From Basidiobolus meristosporus CBS 931.73 (taxonomy: Eukaryota; Fungi; Basidiobolomycota): 64,000 bases of DNA. The DNA is taken from the NCBI GenBank assembly GCA_002104905.1, contig MCFE01000080.1, positions 116,152 to 180,151 on the forward strand, given 5' to 3'. The notes beneath the pieces were generated by a model. The model saw nothing but the letters and a program-made list of their open reading frames with translations, was not told the DNA's origin and ran no database searches. Positions 11,474 to 26,560 of the stretch are shown in pieces. The position numbers and the translations under genes were made by a program. Numbering within the stretch: the first letter of the stretch is position 1; every line of letters begins with the position of its first letter.

Positions 11474-13522
11474 CTATTCGATGTGCCAGTAGCGGGCTCT
11501 ATGGTCATCACTGCAGCGGCAATTGGTGGTTAGTGCACTAAACTGGCATTTTGTTGTTGGTTTTGGGGAAGTACCTGCAGCTAACAAAGCATTGTTCGGT
11601 AGGAGATGTTGCGATGCAGCGGATCGTGTTGGTGTGGCCAGTCCACCGTTTGAGCAACGCGCCTGTACGAGAATCCCAGCAAACAACGGTGTTGTTCACC
11701 TCGTCACTGCTCATAACGTAGTCTTCGTTGCAAGTGAAAGTGGTTTGCAAGATATTGGTCTACAACGCCATAGATTGGTGAGCTGCGATTCCATATCAAG
11801 GAGACGAATTATCCAATGTGTTACCTTATGAGCAGCTCCCTCAAAGCCATGGATAAGCTTACCTAATGTGTTACCATATGTAAGGAATGGTGTCTAACTC
11901 GATGAAATAGCAATCATCTCACTCACCACTTCCAACGTCCCATAGCTTAGCGACGGAGTCTTGCCCGCCTGATAAAATGTATTTTCCATTCTTGGAAAAC
12001 CGAGCGCTAGAAACAGCAGCGCCAGAATGAGCCCCTTCGATAGTTCGGACGCACTTCCCAGAAACAAGGTCCCATACTTTGATGGATCCATCTAGTGACG
12101 AGGTAACCACCTGACTACCGTCAGAGGCGAATCGGACCTACATTTGGCATACATTTGTGATAAGTATGAGCTTCCTTGGCTGGTTTCTTGCCAGACATAC
12201 CTGGGTGATTCCACCCTTATGCAAATCGGTTGGATTTTTCGCGGGAATGTAGCACTGGAATGTCTTTACATCGTAGATACGTAGCGCCTCATGGTCGGTG
12301 CCTAGGAGATTAGCGATTGAGCAAAAGACTGGTGAGCAACCTCACACCACTTGTTACCTGCACAAATAAAATCACCGGCCGGATGGAAAGCTATCGAGCG
12401 GACTGCATGAGAGTCCTAAGGTAAATCAACCCATGGTTAGTAACACGAGCGTACCAATGCACATTGACAATCGCCAACCTGAAGATATCTAAATGCTCGC
12501 TTGACATTTGGCTTTGAAAGATCATAAAGCTTGATACTTTGATCGTCTGAGCACGATGCAAGGACCAAGCCATTGGGGTGGAATGCCAAGTCATTTACAG
12601 GCTGAATAAAGAGTAATATGTGAGTACACCAGCAAGTAAAAAGCACTGAACAATCAGATAGCGTACAGCAACATGGTCGTATAGCGTTCTAATAACTGGT
12701 CTGTCTTCTCCAGAATCAGAGCGAGTGTTCATTTTGGACACATCCAAGACTTTGAGGGATGTATCGGCTGATCCAGTAGCAACATATTTACCTAACAAGC
12801 AGATTTTTAATACACAACCCCCCAAGCTCACTTGCATTGCTGTTGCCATCATAGCTACCATCAGGACTGAAGACTGCCGTTTGGCAGCCAGCTTTGTGAG
12901 TAGTAATATACCAGGTCTGGAAATTTGGTGGCGGCTTGTTTTCTGTATAACAAGTCGACATCAATGACTTGTTGGTTGGCACTGGGTTTAAACAGGATAC
13001 TTACCTTGCTTTGAGTCCACATCGAGGTTCAAGTAAGTGCCCGGTCTCGCATTTTCGTCGTGCTCATCTTCATCATCGGAATCTCTTCTCCCGATCTCCA
13101 TGTCTTCGCCTTCCTCTACGAAATCAACGAAGCGTTAGGCAACGTGCTTTGTGGTTGAATTTTTCGACGGCTGAAAAAAGACGCAAACCTTCGCTCTTTA
13201 CTCCCATATAACACAGTTCAGCCAACCTAGAGCTTGGCGATAGACTACTACGTGTGTTTGTGTGTTCAGCAATTACGGAAGCCAAATTGGCATAGCCATA
13301 TTCCGACAATTGACTAAGCAAAATAATAAAATAAAGTTCGTTTGTTTAGTTAAAATCAGCCCTGAAAATGTATGAAGTGCTCAGGTATAAAGAATTGTTT
13401 ATTTTACGCCTTAACACCTACGAGGAGACCATTGTATCAATTAAACTAAATCACGACCTGATGATCAACGGAATGACTTCTTCCCGAGGAAGCACTGCAG
13501 TATCTGGATCTTCGTGGGCCAT
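11474..13522 (-). CDS. CSTF1: Cleavage stimulation factor 50 kDa subunit (CstF-50), WD40, multi-exon
   Basis: Spliced by eye: MAHEDPDTAVLPREEVIPLIIS|QLSEYGY (N-terminal dimerisation motif; intron begins at 13457). WD repeats YVATGSADTSLKVLDV, VNDLAFHPNGLVLASCSDDQSIKLYD, VTSSLDGSIKVWD, GHTNTIRCIATSP, SDDHRARYW. Confidence 0.9.
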
Positions 13523-15344
13523 CTCGTACTGTTCGTGTGGAAACAAGCACAAGTAAGAATCACTATTTAGTGATGCGCTACGAAGGTTGTTTTTTTCTCA
13601 AAATTTGTTGACCAGATCACGTGCGACGGATTGGGATTAACGATATGCAACATGATTATTTCGTTTCACCTAGTATATTCCTGAATATCAATCACAAGCT
13701 CAGGGAATTCATGCTCAATCATTAGCTGTAGGACCACACAGCCCAATCTATGCACTACGGTGTTTTCGGACCTATTTACGTATGCACAAGAATCACCAAC
13801 ATTCAGAGCTGATGTAAATATTGAATAAATCATTATGACACTGGGTCTTTTCCAACCACGGCCTTCCAACGGAATGGCAGTGGCACAATCACGCGTAGAT
13901 CAAGGACCTTAGCTCAATCTAACCACCGTATCAGCACATGGAATTCGAGGCTGGTTGCTTGAGCATTTCCTAGGGCCCCTCAGCCCTTGAGACCTATAGG
14001 TGAATCAGGATCTTCAGATCTTAGCCGGTTTGCAATCGTGAGCTTGGCCAAGACTACAATGATGTTGTGGCTTAATCAACAGCCATACTGGGTCATGACC
14101 ACTGCAGGAAGATATCGGGATCCCGCTCAAAGGCCATAGCCTACCAGAGCATCGGTATGGAATACTCGGCGCCTACTGCAAGATGCTCTCCATCTTAGAT
14201 GAAATCAAAATGGGAGCTAGCCCAAGGAGAAATCCCCAATCCATCTCTGCCTCTTTTTTGGGCCAATTCCGAAATCCCCCGAGGCTGCTAGGCGGGAGTC
14301 ACGGAAACGGTGTTGGGCTATGTCATGTGAGGATGCAGGGTTTTGCTCGAACCCGTCAGCCTATATCGATACGTCGAGTTCGGTTGACGCCTGGCAGTCA
14401 GTTCTCATGATTCAATCTCTGTACCTCTTGCTTGAGTAATGAGGCACCTGACTCTCATTTCGATGAGTTCACTAATGGAGCTATATCAGGTTTGGAGTGG
14501 TGGCCTAGGTTTAGCTTGACCAACACCTGTAATACCTCAGCAAGGCAGATAAGCTACTCTCCTTTGGCCAACTCCACACAAGTAGAGATTCCCGACAAAC
14601 AAAGGAAATATGCGGACGTTCATGTGATGTTGTAGCACTTGACCTCCGAAAATCGCATTGCAGTGTGCCACCGGCCCCTAATATTATCACGAAGTATGCT
14701 CGTCAGACAAATCTCAAGAACCAGTCTATTGACCAGATGGATTCGTATATACTTGCCTTTTTGAACGACAGCTCTTAAGGCATCATATCGACGTTGGAGA
14801 AGTCAGAGTAGGAAATGAGTGTCTATTCCGGGTGACCCAATAATCGAAATTTCTCGCCATCCTCCCTTGAGCTTTGATCAACTTAGGCAATGAGGTTCAA
14901 ACGATGGCTCAAGGCAGATTGTTGCCTCCTGTTCTTGTTCAAACCACTCCAGTGAACCATTGCCCGAGTGGATGTGCTGATGGATCTGGTCTCCAGTGTT
15001 CTTCATCTTCCTATAGCTGGGCTAATGCAGAAAAGTGTTAACGGGTGCTTCGGTGATGATTAACCTGCCGCCATTCAGTCAAACCTGTCTCCTAATCACC
15101 ATATCAGTGCATCCTTATCAATGAGGTGCAATCATCATTTCTTATCTTGACTCATACCTTAACTACGATCTCCTGTACATCACCTGATTCGATTTCGATA
15201 TACCCCGTCCAGAATAGTACCTCTACGCACTCATAGTAATTCATCAGTGCTCTTGTTCGGTGGTTGGCATACATCTCACATGAACAGCACCCGATAATTC
15301 GGGTGTGGCTTGCTGGATTTATTATAAAAGGTACAGCAGGCGAA

Positions 15345-16670
15345 ATGCATCCTTCCATCTGCAGCATAGAAAGCCCAGTTCGATTTGTCAATAAACTTCC
15401 AAAACAGCGTTCCCCACAACTAGCAACCTCTCGTTTGAATAGCATGATTCCGACGTCGACTCTACAGGCCCTACCAAAAGGTCATATTGTGAGGTTGGCC
15501 AACTCCAAGATCACACGTGTTTCGGTAAATCTGGTTGGCACCTACCCACTCGCTGGCACCATGGACTAACCTATTCAACAACAGCTGCAGCACCTTTTCT
15601 CCATCGGAAGGCATGTGGCAAAAACCGGAAACCCTCTTCTGACCGCACAGTTCCTACACCAAGAATTGCCCATTAGACTCACCCAGGCACTCAAAATCGT
15701 CAACTCTAGTGACGTGCCCGAGTGTATGTCATCTCTACCCAAGTTTCAAAGAATCTCCAAACATTTCCTGGAGGACATTGCTCACCTGTCCAGGACACCA
15801 AAGCCCCTCTGCAAATCCCAAGAAATCAGCTTCACCGAGTTGTTGAGGAGGCTACAACAACGCCAACACGTAAATAACTTGCTCATTGGTCAAGTGATCG
15901 AGGAGCTTTCCGAAGCCACCAGCCAAGAAATCAATTTTCACGACAAACGCCTTCAGGGCTTCTTCGACAGATACTTCACCATGGCACTTGGGATGCGCAC
16001 TTTGCTAGGCGAGCATATCTCACTTCATGAAAGAGGACACAGCTTGGCGGAGAAGGTTATTCCATTGGATGTAGCAAGGCAGGCAACATTCGACGCGCGC
16101 AGAGTGTGCACCAAGCAGTATGGATTTGAGGCGCCAGAAGTTGAAATCATTTCCAAAAACACCAGCGTCACCCCGCTCTATATCAAGGAATACCTGCACC
16201 GTAGTCTATTCGAAATTTTAAAGAATTCCCTGCGGACCACAATCGAAACCCATAAGAGAAGTAAGCATCTACCCCCAGTGAAGATAGTTATTGCTGCTGG
16301 AGGGGAAGATGTGACCATCAAGGTCTCCGATGTCGGCGGGGGAATTCCCATGTCCAAAATGAACAACTTGTGGTGCTACACTAACTCAACACCGACCAAC
16401 TGCAATAGATCTCTAAGGGTCCCTGAGCTCGACGACCATACGAGCATCCCGTGGTCTGGGTTCGGGTGCGGCTTATCTTTGGCGAGACTGATTTCAAGAT
16501 ACTTCGGCGGTGATCTGAATGTGGTGTCCATGGAAGGTTACGGGACTGACTCCTACCTGCACCTTTTCCGCCAACAATCGTTCTTAGAGAACCTGCCGGA
16601 GTACGAGGAAACCGACTTCATGTTCGAGTCGGAAGAATCCGTGCGAACAGTCGCCGAAAGCAGAGTTTAG
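15345..16670 (+). CDS. Mitochondrial PDK/BCKDK-family protein kinase (1 intron ~15525-15582; start uncertain)
   Basis: VS|LQHLFSIG..LLTAQFLHQELPIRL; N-box LFEILKNSLR; G1 IKVSDVGGGIP; G2 GFGCGLSLARLISRYFGGDL; SMEGYGTD. Confidence 0.9.
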
Positions 16671-17081
16671 AGAACGCATGAACTACCCACCACCAGATCT
16701 CAGTTTAACCTCGAGTCACATCAATAATTCCTTTTTGGTTATCACTCCGCTTTATATATGCATTAGGAACCGCATGTAACCAGAACTTGTAATATACAAT
16801 GGCACAGTGAAATGATCACCCATGTAACCACCTCATTTTTTGCCAGAATAAATCATCTGTTAAATACCGCCATATGTTTCTGTACTGGACAGGGCATCTT
16901 CCTTCAAGTGGTCGCCTCGGATCATTGGCTTTGCTGGGGCCGATAGAGAAAAGCGTGGGAGTATCAAGATAGGTGAGGTAGACAAATAAGTTGGAGTTTA
17001 TTACAAAACAGACACAGCAATGAATGTATTGGAAATCTGAAAGATTACAGCAAACGTAAGGAGGGCTGGTGCGGGTCCTGG

Positions 17082-18650
<1,569 letters not shown>

Positions 18651-19772
18651 TCAAATCATATTCCATTTTTTTCGTGCGCTAAATATGGCAACAATCATGG
18701 TATTACGTCAAATCTCACTAATTATGCTACTCGTGTTTGTTCCAGCATGGAGACTATGTCATCGTTGTCCATATCCCACTGCCACCAGCACTGCGGAATT
18801 GTGTTTGAAGTGCTGATTCTAATGAGCGACCATTGTGCAAATGATTGCAAATTGAATTTATTTATCAATGAAGGAACCAACAACGTAGCAGAGCCATACT
18901 GATGTTTATGCAGTGATGTCTGCAGATGATTTTGGTGTGGTGAACAGTTGAAGGGTGCAGACAGGCTGAGATAGATTGTGGAGTTGACTATTCTGCTCTC
19001 CGATGTACCACTGTAGCCTTGAAAATGATATGTGGGTTCTCGAGAGCAACATCTGTAGGAGTATATAGCATTAAGTGGGTAAACCAGCATAAGTCGGACT
19101 TTCTGGTCAGTTGGTTCCTCGGGTTCTACGGTAAATTACATCCGCCGCGCGGACTTTGGAAACACTGCTGGTTGCATGTGTATGAGACCATTAACCCGAA
19201 TACCCAGCACTGCATGTGTGCTCAAGGCTAGACCAGATTCGAAATCGGATTTTTCGCGCCCAAGGAATCCCTATGTGAAGGTAAAGGTGACTACTATTGG
19301 TAAGTATCAGGACCATCCGAACAGCAGGCATATTATTCAAGTAAAAGCATTGCTTAGCATTGGGCTCTCTTTTCGTAGAATTGGCGCAGATCCAATCAAG
19401 ATTTTCTAACCTTATAGCGGTAAGCGTATTTCCATATGCTCATCGTTAAACTAGTGGTCACCATCCAACATTCAATCTGGACATTCGCTTTTGAGTATCT
19501 CGCTAAAGATCTGTAGAGCCATTATCTGATTGCACCGTGACGCGGGAATCGGAGTAATGACTCTGGACGAGTTTGATTTGCCAGGGGGGTTTAAGATATA
19601 TCTGGCCCACCAATCATCATTACTCATCAAGGTGAGATTCATCATGAGATTTTTAAAAAGGAAATGCCGCTCTTCACAAAAAGGAAGGCAAATGTCCTAT
19701 TAGACAAACCCACTCCTCACTATATTAAGAGAAATCCAAGGCAAGGTTCACCGAGTGGCGGGTAGTGTAGTG

Positions 19773-20507
19773 ATGACAAGAATCGAAAATCATTCGCCTC
19801 GAGAAGCAGATAGGGAGCGTGAGCTCAGCTCCGTTGCGGTAGACGTACTCGAGCAAAGCAAGACGCTCCTCACGTCACTTCCAGACGGCCTCAGTTTTGT
19901 TAAAGAATCAGTTTATGTTCCAAAGAGCAACATTGCCAAACATGTCCGACACATAATTGACCATTATAGACTGTTGTTTGCTAGCAGACTTGAGACCTCG
20001 CACACTGAGAATGTTGCTTGGGTTGTGGATTATGATTCCCGTGAACGTAATGTATGTCCACCTACCTTGGTAAAATTGCCTGTCCAAGTATTCAGTAAGC
20101 TAACAAGAGGCATGACTATCTGTGTAGATAGCTATGGAGACCAATAAGGACGTGGCTATCCAAGAGATCGAAAGAATTCAAGCAATAATACTGAACGCCA
20201 ACATACCCCTCAGTACCCCTGTCCAACTGCGTGCGTTGGTGAGCTGTGCGAGTGAAGAAGAGTCAGAATTTGAATCCAATTACGGACGTGAACTATGGTT
20301 TTGTGTCCATCATACCAGTAAGTCCCTTATCTTGAAAGGGGTGCGATGTCATCCAAGCTTCAAGTTATATCATCTGTTCTAAGAACATTGCATTGTCCAG
20401 TCCACCATCACGCCTTAATCAAAGCCATATGTATCGAGCATGGAATTGGTATTCCTGACAGCTTTGGCTTGGCTCCTTCTACGCAGAAGTATTACCAAAA
20501 ACCCTAG
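19773..20507 (+). CDS. DinB/YfiT-like putative metalloprotein, 3 exons (19773-20051, 20128-20317, 20401-20507)
   Basis: AKHVRHIIDHY, VDYDSRERN|IAMETNKDVAIQEIERI, SNYGRELWFCVHHT|IHHHALIKAICIEHGIGIPDSFGLAPST. Canonical gtatgt..tag and gtaagt..cag introns restore the frame. Confidence 0.8.
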
Positions 20508-22219
20508 TATCCCTCTTCAGTACGGACAACCGTCTAGATTAAGCTATGTAAGTATGAGGGAATAAACTTGATTTATTACATCAACTTTCCTAGAATAGAG
20601 TGAATACAAAATCCGTTGACTGGAACCTCACTTCCAAGTTTGGGGTGCCAAATTCAACTTTACTGGAAGTAAACCGCGGCTCAAGACCTTTTTGATACGA
20701 TAGTTCGATGTAGTGCATTGGAAGGGAAAAGAGCACAAATCAAGTCCACTCCATATTACCCTTCATGGCATGAATCAGACATCAAGGCCAAGATCGCGTT
20801 GTTCACAGACAGTTGAGACTATCATCTTCATTTCAACCCATTTCCACAATACAACATCGTTTTCCCAAATAAGTTGGGCTACAGTAGCAATAGGAAGTGC
20901 ACTTTTTCAAGTGGAATATCAGCCATCTGTAGACATACTATGAGTGGCTTTGCAGACATGGTCAACGTATGCGTTTGTTATGATCAGCTAGATATGGCCC
21001 ACCACCCGATACGGCCTCCTCCGAACTGAAACCTGGGTGGTTGCATACAATACACAAGTTATGCGCTGGCAACAGGTATCTAGCAGCGTACATATAGGCT
21101 CAAAAGAGAACTCACACGGCAAGCGACGTGAACGTCGACCGAATGCATCTTTACTCGCTTCGTAGGTTTTGAGAAAAGCCATACAAGCTGTTGGGCATGC
21201 ACGCTGCTATGTCTCTACTGAAATATGAGCACCCAGTCGTTGTTAGTATTATCATAACTAGGTGTTTGCCAAGATAATTGAAGCGGAGTATCGCACCAGG
21301 CCCGGGCCACAATGGGTGCAATATTCTCTATTGACAGGCTCTTGGGGTCATTCGGTGAAGCAGTCTTCATAAGCTTAGGTCAGTGGAAGTGCTAAGAGCT
21401 GAGATGAATCAACCTTGGTAGGGATTGGGACAGCCGCGGCGTTGCCCAGGAACCCGGCAGGGTTGATTACGAATCCTTTCCAGGTGATTCTTAGTAATCT
21501 TAAATAGCCATTGAGCATAGATTAACCGTTATTGAATAAGAGAAGATCCGTGCAAAACCAAGTATTCCACAATTGCTGAGTCAGATGCTCCCCATTGGAT
21601 ATGAGGGGTGCTGGGCTTTCTACGACCAGGAATGCTGAGTATCCGAAGGCTAACACATCACTGCGATACACTACCCGTTTCCAATGATCTCTTCTTCCAG
21701 ACGAAGATCCCGGAAAAACCGGAATAGTCAACATAACCCCACCATGTCGAGCTGGTCCAACGCTTGGGTGAATGGCCGCTGCCATTGTCATGGTCAATGA
21801 AGCCCTCGTGTAAATGAGCGAACCACGCATTCATGCCGGTGTACACATTAGAGGCCGATGGGCCTACAGCCGAGCTCATTGGTGGTTGCGGAGCCACAAC
21901 CAGCGTTTTTGGTTAATGGGATTTCGTTTGCGGAGACTCACGTCCTGACCTAGAATCACAATATTATCAAGACACTCAACCAGAGGCAAATGCACTGGGA
22001 ACCACGTCAATTGCATATTTCTACGAACAATCCTAGAATTGGCATTTTTCCGATGAATGAGCCATCAAATCTGATCTCATTTCATGTCAAGGCCAATGGA
22101 TTCTCCTGGAAAGCGACATCAGGAAAGGGTTCAATCATGGCGATGGCCTCGTCATCGGTTTCGCCTCGCCTTTAAAAGAGGGATTGGCTGACGTTGGTGG
22201 CCATTATTTTTCAAAGATT

Positions 22220-23182
22220 ATGTCTACCGCTCTTGATCAGCTAAAGGAATTCACAACGGTTGTTGCTGACACGGGGGATTTCGAGACGATTGCCCAGTAC
22301 AAGCCCACCGATGCCACCACAAACCCTTCCTTGATCTTGGCCGCCACACAGAAGACTCAGTACGCCAAGCTCATCGACGATGCCATTGCTTACGCCAAGT
22401 CCAAGGGTGGCGATGTCGACACTCAAGCCGAATGGGCCATGGACAAACTCTTGGTCAACTTTGGGTGCGAGATCCTCAAGATCATTCCCGGCCGTGTCTC
22501 CACCGAGGTCGATGCCCGTCTGTCGTTTGACAAGGAGCGCACGATCAAGAAGGCGCTCCACCTGATTAAGCTCTACGAAGAGGCGGGGATCTCGAAGGAG
22601 CGGATTTTGATCAAGATCGCTTCCACCTGGGAGGGCATCCAGGCCGCCAAGGAGCTGGAATCCAAGCACCAGATCCACTGTAACCTAACGTTGCTCTTCA
22701 GCTTCCCACAGGCAGTCGCCTGTGCCGAGGCACAAGTCACACTGATTTCCCCGTTTGTGGGTCGTATCCTGGACTGGTACAAGAAGAGCACCGGCAAAGA
22801 CTACTCCAGCGAGGAGGATCCTGGAGTCCTCTCGGTGCAGAAGATTTACAACTACTACAAGCAGCACGGATACAAGACCATCGTGATGGGTGCCTCTTTC
22901 CGTAACGTCGGGGAGATCCTTAATCTTGCGGGGTGCGACTTCCTAACCATCAGCCCCGCACTGTTGAAAGAACTCAGCGAGAGCAAGAATAGCATCACCC
23001 AAGTGCTTTCGCCCGATAAAGCCAAGGCAAGTGCCCAAAAGAAGGTCACCTTCGATGAGACCACGTTCCGTTGGGAGTTGAATGAAGACCCGATGGCAAC
23101 CGAGAAGCTTAGCGAGGGCATCCGAAAGTTCGCCGAGGATGGCGTCAAGTTGGAGAAGACCCTACGTAGTAAGCTAGCATGA
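22220..23182 (+). CDS. TAL1: Transaldolase; intronless
   Basis: [73 protein letters not shown]. Confidence 0.98.
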   Translation: MSTALDQLKEFTTVVADTGDFETIAQYKPTDATTNPSLILAATQKTQYAKLIDDAIAYAKSKGGDVDTQAEWAMDKLLVNFGCEILKIIPGRVSTEVDARLSFDKERTIKKALHLIKLYEEAGISKERILIKIASTWEGIQAAKELESKHQIHCNLTLLFSFPQAVACAEAQVTLISPFVGRILDWYKKSTGKDYSSEEDPGVLSVQKIYNYYKQHGYKTIVMGASFRNVGEILNLAGCDFLTISPALLKELSESKNSITQVLSPDKAKASAQKKVTFDETTFRWELNEDPMATEKLSEGIRKFAEDGVKLEKTLRSKLA

Positions 23183-23630
23183 GTTGAGGCCCTGCTGGAT
23201 CCGCCGAATACATGTGTGTTGCAAATCCATTCAAGTGACAAATAAACCATAGCGATTTATTAAATTCAAGGAATAAGGCGGCGACAAGGCGGGGGTTCAC
23301 CAGCATATGGCAGCATCGAGTGTATATATGGGAATTGCGTTTTGGGGGAATTTCAATGCAAAATAGAACCCGATTATTTTGGAATGGAGAAGAATTAAAA
23401 TGGTGGAAGGTATGGCATTGAAAGTGGAGAACCAAGAATCTTGTATACAAATTGCTAGAAGAGTCCGCTCCAATAGGAAAGTGCAAGTGGGCCCCACCTG
23501 GGTGTACTTCGATCGTTTTTATATAGGGAAATGGAGCTGTGGGTGCTAGAGAGGCATCCAACGAACTCAAGGTTGGGGTAGGATATATGTATGAGGTTAG
23601 GAAAGGTGTCAAGTGGAGAAGAGAACCAGA

Positions 23631-24362
23631 CTAAAGAATGATGCACTTCTTTTTACGCTTGTCCAGGCGCCCTGGATTCTGTCGATTGATTTGCCGTACG
23701 AGCTCAAAGAATGCTTCATCAACATTGCTTCTCTTGCGAGCAGACGTCTCGAAGAAGGTAGCGCCGTGCCAGTGTTGGCTGAGCTCGAGCCCAACCTCTC
23801 GTGGCACGCATCTGTCTGCTTCCAGATCTGATTTATTGCCAACCAGGACGGTTGGGACCTAATGCGGCAAACGATACAGTATTAGAACAGTTACGATATA
23901 TCCCGGCAGGGGGAAGCAAACTCCAAATGCCCGGTTCTTACGGGTGCATAGAGTTCAAAAGACCATCATACCTGCTCGGAATCTTTCACTCTGACTATCT
24001 GCTCTCTTAGCTCAGCAAGATCGTTGAAAGTCGCCATTGAAGTAATAGAGTATACTAACACAAAACCTTGGCCGTTCTTCATATAGAGGTCCCGCATGGC
24101 AGTGAACTGTTCCGTACCAGCAGTATCAAGTATTTCCAGCATGCATTGCTGCCCATCGACCTCAACTTGCTTTCTGTAAGAATCCTCGATTGTAGGGTCA
24201 TACTTCTCGACAAATATCGACTGCACAAATTGGACCGTCTGTGGCAAGGTTAGTAAGTGCTTTTGATGAGGGCTGCCAAGCCTCAAGTAACTGTGTTCTG
24301 CTTACCAAGGCTGATTTGCCAACGCCTCCAGAGCCAAGAACAACTAGTTTGTATTCGCGCAT
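23631..24362 (-). CDS. RAP1: Rap1/Rsr1 Ras-family GTPase, 3 exons
   Basis: [19 protein letters not shown]|[41 protein letters not shown]; last exon [21 protein letters not shown] (CAAX). Confidence 0.96.
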
Positions 24363-25632
24363 ATTCCAAACACAGCAATGTACTATCAAAGTTTCAACGA
24401 AGCCTAATTAACTACGGGGGAGATTAAGAAAGGTAAAAGGGGAATTTCAAGGACCGAATAGCGGAGGAGCTACCACTGGATAGAGTTTAAAGGGTGGCTC
24501 GAGGAAAAGAAGAGAAAACACTAGGCAAGCAAGAGTATGGCCAAGAGCTTCATTGAATCGGTATTCTGGTTACAAAACAAAGATCAAACAAGGGGAGCAA
24601 GATAGGGGAGAACAGGGGGGCAGCAATATTTCCCCAGGCTAAGTCATTAGCATTAATGAATTGGGTGCACCATCAGATGATTGGTAATGGCGAGAGAGTA
24701 GGCTCTGGTAATACATTCAGCATTGAGGTTGATGCAAAGTTGTACCAAGGAAGGCGAATTATCGAAACAGCAACATAAATTTAATCAATCGTTTGCAATA
24801 CGTCGATTATACTGGATCAACATTTTCTCTGAATTGCTCATGGAGTCTGTGATATGACGAGCGTGTCACCAATTAAACGAACTGGAGTCATGCACACCTG
24901 GCACACCTGTCTGATAAATTGAGAGATTCCGGTGTAACCCTGGGTATCCAAAGATATCGTCGCTAACATGGCCTGAATCTCGCACCAATACTCTCATTGA
25001 GCCGCATTCAGAGACTGTGCATTAGTTTTGTGGAGAGCACCACGTATGTAGCTGCAACCGCTAAACGAAGTCTCGGTCAGCGAAGCGAGCTTTTCTTAAA
25101 ACGAGTTCCAGTAGATGGACCTCGACTGACTGCTTCACGTGGTGGCAATCAGGCCAATATGGCAGTGGCTAAGCTAGGCCTGCCAGACGGCTGTATCTGT
25201 TGATGATGTACAGCAGTCTGGATTGTACGATGGCTCACGAATCTACTTGAGTCTGCATGTACGGGATACCTGTTTCCGGCTGCTCAGCGTTGGGGCCAGC
25301 CGTCTGGGTTGGTGGAACAGCTCCCATAACCAGAGACGCCCATACAAAAACACTCCAAGCTATTGGCACGCTGTGGTTGATGTTGGCAGATTGTTTATTA
25401 TACTGATGGAGCTTAAGGTGGGGGAGGTATTTGCTATGCTACTACTTGCCTCGGAATATCCGTCATTTTAGAGAACAACATTAAATCTGGGTTCTCATTG
25501 CTGCAGTCAATCAACTGCCTGAACTACACATCACATGATATAGAACAATAACCTCACAGGGCTCATCTGCTGGAAAGGGGACCGACCATACAAGGAGCTG
25601 GGAAGCCTAGGATCAACCAGGACACGTGTGGC

Positions 25633-26560
25633 TCATTGCTCAGCTTCGGGCTGACGTACTTGGCGATTCTGTTTAGCCCAGCGTAGACCACAAGCATTGC
25701 ACAGCCTTCATAGAGAAGTTCAGAAAAGAGGCTGATTTAGAGGTTATTCGTGAGTTATGGCATGGATCATCAAAGACTTACGTTTTGGGGCCCTGTGGAC
25801 CTTTGCGCCATTCAGGTGAATCAACTGTGCCACAATCAGTACACACTCTCTCCCTAGCGGTTGGCATTTTGTTTTTCTTCTGCTTTCTCTTCGAGCGAGA
25901 AACAATCTCGGATTCCATCAGATCCGAAATACTTGGGCTCCTCTGCTCGCCGATCGAATCAGGTTGTCCTTCCGGACTGTGCACGCCTGATGAGCCAGGT
26001 GTGTTTAAGCCTGTGCGGGTTTCGCTGCGATAGGGTGGGAAATCGGAGTCCTCCAAACCTAGGTTTCGCAGCTTTCTTCGGAGATTCTCGTTCTCCATCC
26101 TGAGCTCCAGGAAACTGTCCATCGTCGAGGTGCTTTTAGCAGGATAAAGCCTAGCAATGCTGAAGAAGCCCTTCAACTCGTTGGTGCGCTCATGAATATA
26201 CGGATGGCCGGTGATTTCGAACATCGAGAATTTGTCATCTTTGCGACGAAAGCGCAGAAATAGACGATACTCCTGCTGCTTCAGCGCCAGATTGAAGTCT
26301 CTCAGGTAGGTGTCCACATCATCGATATGGATGAACTCCTTCAGATTCCTGCCGATCATCTCCTCAGGTGAATAGCCAACGAGCTCTTGGCATGAGGGGG
26401 AGCAGTAGATGAATTTTCCAGAAGGAGTGATGACATGGTAGAAATCCTTTAGCTCATGTATGATGCGATCAAGCCAGTTCTTTCGCTTGGTAAACTCAGT
26501 CAAGTGCGTGTTGCTAATCGGATAGCTGTTCGCTTGAGCAGTGGCAACTTCCTCCACCAT
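25633..26560 (-). CDS. PAS + GATA zinc-finger transcription factor, White Collar-2-like
   Basis: TEFTKRKNWLDRIIHELKDFYHVITPSGKFIYCSPS (PAS); CTDCGTVDSPEWRKGPQGPKT|LCNACGLRWAK split by an intron near 25778; stop at 25633. Confidence 0.88.

Noticed and set aside
14400-15020. Broken protein-like minus-strand frames between CSTF1 and the kinase
   Set aside because: Multiple stops and no recognisable family.
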